Shown: piece by piece, positions 6,825 to 12,022 of the stretch | Layout of the letters: each line of letters begins with the position of its first letter | Position numbering within the stretch: position 1 is the first letter of the stretch | From: Candidatus Bathyarchaeia archaeon | Lineage (GTDB): Archaea > Thermoproteota > Bathyarchaeia > Bathyarchaeales > Bathycorpusculaceae | Direction of reading: 5' to 3' | Assembly (NCBI GenBank): GCA_049512935.1 | Contig: JBEKWR010000034.1 | Span: 1-12,022 of the forward strand | Length of the DNA: 12,022 nucleotides | The notes under the pieces: model-generated | What the model saw: only the letters and a program-made list of their open reading frames with translations | Databases searched by the model: none | What the model was told of the DNA's origin: nothing | Program-made: the position numbers and the translations under genes

Positions 6825-7607
6825 TCAGCCAACAACCATCTTATGCAATTCTTCAACAGGAATAACCTTTACGTCTAACCGACTAAAGAACCTATTCAGG
6901 TTCGTCAAATCCCGCGTCAACAACGAGTCAGCCATCGGATGCTCGATCGCCACGGACTGGGACATGTCGAAAATCACGGGTCTGCCCTTCCACATCATGA
7001 TGTTGTATTCGCTGAGGTCGCCGTGCACTATCTTTGCTTTCTGGCGTAGCCTCTTGAGGTAAGTTACTAGTATTTTGTAAACTTTTTCAGGGTCAGCTGG
7101 CGGCTGCTCCTTGAGCGAGGGGGCGCTAACGCCTTCCTTTCCAATGAACTCCATAACTACAACGTTGCTTTTTACCGCGATAGGTTTTGGCACACGTACC
7201 TTTGCATCAGTAGCTTCTTTGAGGTTGCGAAACTCTTTTTGTGCCCAAACAGCAATCAGCGAGCGAGTGTCATGTTTGACATCTTTAAAACGTGGGTCGC
7301 CTTCAATGTATTTGTGCATGCCCTTCTTGAACTCGGCCGAAGAGGTTAAGTAAATTTTCACCGCTAAGTCCTTGCCTTCCCTATCTGTTGCCCAGTAAAC
7401 TCGCGCTTCCTTCCCAGAGCTAACGACGCCGTTGACTTCGTAAAGGACGCCGCTGTTTAGCAGGTCAAATACGACCATGCGGGTGGTTTGGTCAAAAACC
7501 TCCTCTACGGTGGCGCGTTCCTTTGTCATGTCATGGATCAGCATTTTGTCTCTTCGCTCGACTCTTCTTTCGTTGTGTGCAAGGCGTTCTTGAGCTTTCT
7601 TAGACAT
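6825..7607 (-). CDS. rio1: RIO1-family atypical Ser/Thr kinase (small-subunit biogenesis)
   Basis: SSGKEARVY, AVKIY, YIEGDPRF, WAQKEFRNL, VHGDLSEYNI and IFDMSQSV. ATG 7607 is preferred because TTTTAATA at 7645-7638 overlaps the longer GTG start. Confidence 0.96.
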   Translation of the reverse strand: MSKKAQERLAHNERRVERRDKMLIHDMTKERATVEEVFDQTTRMVVFDLLNSGVLYEVNGVVSSGKEARVYWATDREGKDLAVKIYLTSSAEFKKGMHKYIEGDPRFKDVKHDTRSLIAVWAQKEFRNLKEATDAKVRVPKPIAVKSNVVVMEFIGKEGVSAPSLKEQPPADPEKVYKILVTYLKRLRQKAKIVHGDLSEYNIMMWKGRPVIFDMSQSVAIEHPMADSLLTRDLTNLNRFFSRLDVKVIPVEELHKMVVG

Positions 7608-7828
7608 AACAGTCAACCAGCCTAATCTCTGTAGGACTATTAAAACCACTCGAAGCCAAAGAGGAAACTCGGTTTATAATAGTTTGATCGTAATAGAAAT
7701 TTTTATATATTTTTTTATATTACGAAATGAAATTTGCCGAATTTATCCAAGCATGCGACTCGCTGCAAAATAATTGACTGTGCTCTTCAAATCGTTGATG
7801 CAGAAATGATTGATTAAAAAATTAAAGG

Positions 7829-8134
7829 CTAAAGGGTTAGTATGCCTTTGCGTCTTAGCGTGTCAGCTTGCGAGTGTGTGTAGCGCCAAACGACGTCGCC
7901 GCGTTTGTCAGTTTGGAATTCCCATGGTGAAACGATGACTATGTCGTTTTCCCGTATCCAGACGCGACGCTTCATTTTGCCTCGGATTCGGCAGAGTCTT
8001 TCAGCTCCGTCCTGGCATTTGACGAGGATGCGATCGAAGCCAAGTAGCTTCACCACGACGCCGAGAACTTCGCCTTGTCCTGGATAAACCATCTCGCTGA
8101 TTGCGCCTTCGCTTAACACTTTTTTCTTACCCAA
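7829..8134 (-). CDS. eif1a: Translation initiation factor aIF-1A
   Basis: GVVVKLLG, CQDG, RLCRIRGKMKRRVWIRENDIVIVSPW and KRGDVVWRY. TTG start. Confidence 0.97.
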   Translation of the reverse strand: MGKKKVLSEGAISEMVYPGQGEVLGVVVKLLGFDRILVKCQDGAERLCRIRGKMKRRVWIRENDIVIVSPWEFQTDKRGDVVWRYTHSQADTLRRKGILTL

Positions 8135-8314
8135 ACAGTGTAAACCCCGTTTTTTGGATATTGAAAAACAGTGCTCTCCGTGCTTAAAAGCATGCTCATC
8201 AGATATTGCAGATTTAAAAGATAAATCAGGATGGGATGCTGCCTCGCCGCTTGAAGTCTTGATGTAAGTTTAAATTGTTTGGTCTTGAATATGGTAAATG
8301 GAGCATCCGCAGAA

Positions 8315-9118
8315 ATGTCCTACGTCTTCAACATTCCTTACCGAAACAACGTCAAGCTCAAGCAGGTTATGGAAAGAATAAAGGAAGACAAGAAGCTGCA
8401 AGCTTACTGGAAATGCTGCAACGTCATGGCTATCGAGCGTATGGGCTACACTGACCATGGACCGACCCACGTTAAAATCGTAGCTAACATTGCGTTGAAG
8501 ATGCTGCGGATTCTTGTTGAGAAGAAACTGATTACGCCCAGCATCGTTGAGAATTACGGGATGAAGCCTGAGGATGCGGAAGTGGTGGTTGTTTTAGCGT
8601 CGATATTCCATGACCTCGGCATGATTGTTCAGAGGTTCAACCATGAAATGTACAGTGTCACTTTGGCGCTGCAATTCATGGACTGCTTAAAGCCGACGTA
8701 CAACGACGAAGAAGTCGCCATAATCACGTCCGAGGTTCTTCACGCCATCGTAGCGCATGAGCAACCGCCCAGCATGGACCCAACCCACAAGATACTGACA
8801 AAAGAGGCGGGCATAGTGGGCATCGCGGACGCTTTGGACATGGAGGCGGGCAGGGCAAGAATCCCCTTCCAATCGGGCAAAATAGACATCCACGCGGTTT
8901 CGGCGCTGTCAATCGAGAAGGTAGAGGTTGAAGCGGTTGAAAACAAGAAGAAACCCATCGAGATAAGGATTAAAATGTCCAATTCCGCAGGCGTGTTCCA
9001 GATAGATGAGCTTTTGAAGCCGCGGATAATTTACTCGGGGCTTGAACAGTACTTTCACGTGATCGCCGAAATCACGGGTGAAAAAGAAACCAAGATTATA
9101 GAGAAATTCGAAATTTAG
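8315..9118 (+). CDS. HD-superfamily metal-dependent phosphohydrolase (COG3294-like)
   Basis: GYTDHGPTHV, FHDLG, HAIVAH, ADALDM..GRAR and IHAVSA. TTTAAAT at 8269-8275 favours ATG 8315 over TTG 8279; the start remains uncertain. Confidence 0.88.
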   Translation: MSYVFNIPYRNNVKLKQVMERIKEDKKLQAYWKCCNVMAIERMGYTDHGPTHVKIVANIALKMLRILVEKKLITPSIVENYGMKPEDAEVVVVLASIFHDLGMIVQRFNHEMYSVTLALQFMDCLKPTYNDEEVAIITSEVLHAIVAHEQPPSMDPTHKILTKEAGIVGIADALDMEAGRARIPFQSGKIDIHAVSALSIEKVEVEAVENKKKPIEIRIKMSNSAGVFQIDELLKPRIIYSGLEQYFHVIAEITGEKETKIIEKFEI

Positions 9119-9214
9119 AGGCGCGGAGTGCGAAGGCGCGCTTAGGTTGGCAAAGGTTCAAGCGAAAGATAATTCAGGGACTTCGCTCAGAGAGCATGTG
9201 AAAGGCGGGTTCAA

Positions 9215-10600
9215 ATGGCGACAAGAAAAGAGGTTGACCCATTAGGCGAACGGCTAATTCCCAGAGACGCTTATTTTGGCATTCAAACGTTAAGAGCCAC
9301 GGAGAATTTCCCAGTAAGCGGCATCAAAGCGCCCGCAGCCTTCGTCGACGCTTATGTTCTTGTGAAAAAAGCCGCAGCCGCCGCGAACATGCAGCTGGGT
9401 TGCCTTAACGAGAAAACGGCGAAAGCGATCATTGCGGCGTGCGATGAAGTGCTATCTGGCAAGCTGCGTGACCAGTTCGTCGTTGACGTTTTCCAAGCTG
9501 GCGCAGGCACCTCTTTCAACATGAACGTTAACGAGGTTTTAGCCAACAGGGCACTGGAGATCCTCGGCAAAAAGAAGGGCGACTACAAAACCGTTAACCC
9601 CAACGATCACGTGAACATGGCGCAGTCAACCAACGACACGTTCCCCACGGCGCTCCACATTTCCGTTCTCATGTCTTTGCAGCCGCTGCTTGCGGCGCTG
9701 GACGGGCTGGCTGACGCGTTTATCGGGTTAGGCAAGAAGTATGCTCACGTGCTCAAGTCGGGCAGAACCCACTTGCAAGACGCCGTGCCAGTTACGGTAG
9801 GGCAAGAGTTCACCGCGTACGGTTCAGCCGTCGCCAACGCCTGCATTGAACTGCGGAAAAGGCAGGAAAACCTGTACGCTGTTGCTTTAGGCGGGACGGC
9901 GGTTGGGACAGGAGCCAACGCCCACCCCAAGTACAAGCAGCTTGCAATTGCTGAATTGGCGAGGATGACTGGGTTCCCGCTTAAGAGCGCGGCGGACAAT
10001 TTTGAGGCGCTTCAAAGCATGAGGGCGGCGCAGTCGGTTTCCAGCGGGCTAAAGGAGCTTGCGTTGGAGCTTATCCGCATAGCTAATGACCTGCGTCTTC
10101 TGGCGTCGGGTCCAACAACAGGTCTAAACGAAATCGTGCTTCCGCCCGTGCAGCCTGGCTCATCCATAATGCCGGGGAAAGTTAACCCCGTCATGGCCGA
10201 ATGCCTTGATATGGTCGCGTTCCAAGTGATCGGCTGCGATGCGGCAGTTTCCTTGGCGGTTCAGGCAGGGCAAATGGAGCTAAACGTCATGACCCCCATC
10301 ATAATGTACAACATGCTCTTCTCCGCCCAAATCCTAAGCAACTTCATCCCCGTGTTCACCGAGAAATGCGTCCGAGGAATAACCGTCAACGAGGCACAGT
10401 GCAGCCAATACTTGGAAAAGAACCCGTCCCTTGCCACGCTGCTATCGCCGTACATCGGGTACTTGGAAGCGGCTAAAATCGCCAAGCAAGCCCAAGCGGA
10501 AAACCGCTCAGTGAAGGAAATCGCGTTGGAAAAGAAACTGCTTAAGCCCGAGGAGATAGAGCGGATTTTCAGCCGCAAAAACCTGCTTAACGAGCAATGA
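9215..10600 (+). CDS. aspA: Aspartate ammonia-lyase (fumarase class II/aspartase superfamily)
   Basis: Signature GSSIMPGKVNP, GRTHLQDAVP and QSTNDTFPTA. QAGAGTSFNMN is closer to aspartase (GAGTS) than to FumC (GSGTQ), but fumarase activity is not excluded. Confidence 0.85.
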   Translation: MATRKEVDPLGERLIPRDAYFGIQTLRATENFPVSGIKAPAAFVDAYVLVKKAAAAANMQLGCLNEKTAKAIIAACDEVLSGKLRDQFVVDVFQAGAGTSFNMNVNEVLANRALEILGKKKGDYKTVNPNDHVNMAQSTNDTFPTALHISVLMSLQPLLAALDGLADAFIGLGKKYAHVLKSGRTHLQDAVPVTVGQEFTAYGSAVANACIELRKRQENLYAVALGGTAVGTGANAHPKYKQLAIAELARMTGFPLKSAADNFEALQSMRAAQSVSSGLKELALELIRIANDLRLLASGPTTGLNEIVLPPVQPGSSIMPGKVNPVMAECLDMVAFQVIGCDAAVSLAVQAGQMELNVMTPIIMYNMLFSAQILSNFIPVFTEKCVRGITVNEAQCSQYLEKNPSLATLLSPYIGYLEAAKIAKQAQAENRSVKEIALEKKLLKPEEIERIFSRKNLLNEQ

Positions 10601-10660
10601 CCAAACCGTTGATTCAGCAGTTAAACCGTTGCAAGTTCAGCTTTTTTAGCCAAGCTCAAG

Positions 10661-12010
10661 CTATCCTGCTGTGCCGTAGCCGCTGACGGTGACCACCGCG
10701 TTTGTTGCGGCGGCGCTTGACTGCGCATCGAACACCACGCCCAAAATCAAGTTCTGCGAGGGAAACAGCGTCAGAATCTGGTCATTGCTTAGCCACACTG
10801 CCCCGCTTGCCGTGAAGGCTTGAGTGACTGGGTTAGAGACGACGTTGTCGGCTAGGAGCAGGCGCACGCGGACAGTGACGGTTTCGTTGTTGCTGAAGCT
10901 TCCGTTAACCTGGATTTTGGGTTCAAACGTGAAGATGTCAAGCGGAAGAGCCTGAATAGTCGCGTTGCCAGCGTACTGCCCGCTGACGCCGACTGGGACG
11001 CCCACGTTTTGCCGCTCGAAGGCGCTACCGACCCCGCTGATCCAGATGCTGTATGGGTTGTGTATGCTGGCTGTCCAGTTGCCCAAGAAGTTGACGTCGC
11101 CGTCCAGCATCGGAGCTGGGTTGCAGTTTTGCCCAAGGTCGATGGCGTACATGTTGTTCGGCACGTCTGTGAAGGATTCAAACACCACGCCCGACAGAAG
11201 TGTCTGGTACATTGAGCCGTCCACGAGGAGCCCAGTTTGGTTGGTCACGCCGTCCTGTCCCATCCACATCCTGACGTCCTGCATTTGGCTGTCTGAGAAC
11301 TGTGCGTTGGCTTCAACGTTGATGCCGACGGAGTTGTCGCGGATGTTGAAGAAGCATCGGGTGATTTGTGAGCTGGCGTAGGAGCCTGTCGCGTTGCCCG
11401 TTGGCGTCTGGAAGACTATGCCTTCTGTGGCGTTGATGAAGTAGCAGTTGTCGATCTGCGTGTCCTCGCTCCAAGACCTTGTGTTGGCTAACCAGATTCC
11501 CACTGTGGTGTTCTCAAAAATCATGTTGGCTATGGTTGTTCCAAACGAGTTCTCAACGAGAACTGTCCCGCCGATGACGGTTAAGCCTGAAATGGTTGAG
11601 TATTCTGAGCTTGTGAAGTTGGCGCCGTAAACGATTATGTCGTGTCCGTTTCCGATTATGGTTGCGCCGTCGCCGACGATTTTTGCGTTAACCTTGTTGG
11701 AAACAGAAACGTTCTGGGTCAAAACGTAGTTTCCAGGGTTAAGGTAAACGGAGTTTCCATGAGCCAACGCGGAGTTGATCGCTGATGACGCGCTTGACGC
11801 GGTGGCTGTCGAACCCGTCAGCATGTTCTTCAGCTGGTAACTGTTGCCGTTCTGTGAAACCACGAAGTCGTAGCTTACTGCGCCTGAATTGGCTTGCCCG
11901 CTGGGGCGCGTAAGAATCATGTAAGTGTTGAACGCTGACAGGGCAAGCACAGCTACGAGGAGAACGGCGAGGAAGCGTTTGGAAATCGTGAATTTCGGTT
12001 TAGCTTGCAT
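10661..12010 (-). CDS. Membrane-anchored/secreted parallel beta-helix (pectin-lyase-like) protein
   Basis: Basic N-terminus plus a hydrophobic segment (KRFLAVLLVAVLALSAF). AINSAL...SVYLNPGNY is typical of a beta-helix cap, followed by I/N/G-rich rungs and 10 N-x-S/T sequons. An in-frame TGA at 12022-12020 shows the gene is complete; start is ATG 12010 or TTG 12016. Confidence 0.8.
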   Translation of the reverse strand: MQAKPKFTISKRFLAVLLVAVLALSAFNTYMILTRPSGQANSGAVSYDFVVSQNGNSYQLKNMLTGSTATASSASSAINSALAHGNSVYLNPGNYVLTQNVSVSNKVNAKIVGDGATIIGNGHDIIVYGANFTSSEYSTISGLTVIGGTVLVENSFGTTIANMIFENTTVGIWLANTRSWSEDTQIDNCYFINATEGIVFQTPTGNATGSYASSQITRCFFNIRDNSVGINVEANAQFSDSQMQDVRMWMGQDGVTNQTGLLVDGSMYQTLLSGVVFESFTDVPNNMYAIDLGQNCNPAPMLDGDVNFLGNWTASIHNPYSIWISGVGSAFERQNVGVPVGVSGQYAGNATIQALPLDIFTFEPKIQVNGSFSNNETVTVRVRLLLADNVVSNPVTQAFTASGAVWLSNDQILTLFPSQNLILGVVFDAQSSAAATNAVVTVSGYGTAG

Positions 12011-12022
12011 ATTCAAGGCTCA

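Noticed and set aside
7655-7725. Replication origin (GAGGAAAC as a mini-ORB beside an AT-rich tract)
   Set aside because: One weak ORB-like match and no cdc6/orc1 gene in the window.
8211-8227. GATTTA-N5-TAAATC palindrome in the aIF1A/HD divergent region
   Set aside because: Single short AT-rich palindrome with no second copy.
9119-9143. Hairpin after the HD gene whose loop shares GAGTGCGAAG with 4595-4604
   Set aside because: A 10-mer match is expected by chance in 12 kb, and the hairpin has no T-tract or other support.
433-11630. Remaining short ORFs in the track (antisense or out-of-frame within identified genes)
   Set aside because: They are shadows of well-supported CDSs with no motifs or start signals.

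Overview
Archaeal chromosomal window, mostly housekeeping. Gene content and promoter style suggest a TACK-type archaeon such as Bathyarchaeia (inference). In order: a 5'-truncated GT2 glycosyltransferase, msrA, hemA, a Cys-motif multi-winged-helix protein, a double Zn-ribbon protein, a 470-bp intergenic region, a 430-aa orphan, the KH(Dim2/Pno1)-Rio1-aIF1A cluster, an HD phosphohydrolase, an aspartase/class II fumarase and a membrane-anchored beta-helix protein. The two strongest signals lie outside the ORFs. (1) Three copies of a GTCAA-N6-TTGAC operator lie upstream of the CX2CX7CX3C triple-wHTH gene that is coupled to hemA, a candidate metal/Fe-S-sensing regulator of tetrapyrrole synthesis. 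(2) A TATA-preceded ~122-nt RNA at 4543-4664 has an 8-bp terminal stem, three box-C-like motifs and three non-canonical CGAAGA D-like motifs. One of its spacers is antisense to a typical archaeal tRNA-Leu(CAA) anticodon arm. A degenerate tRNA-like minihelix also sits just upstream of the orphan gene.
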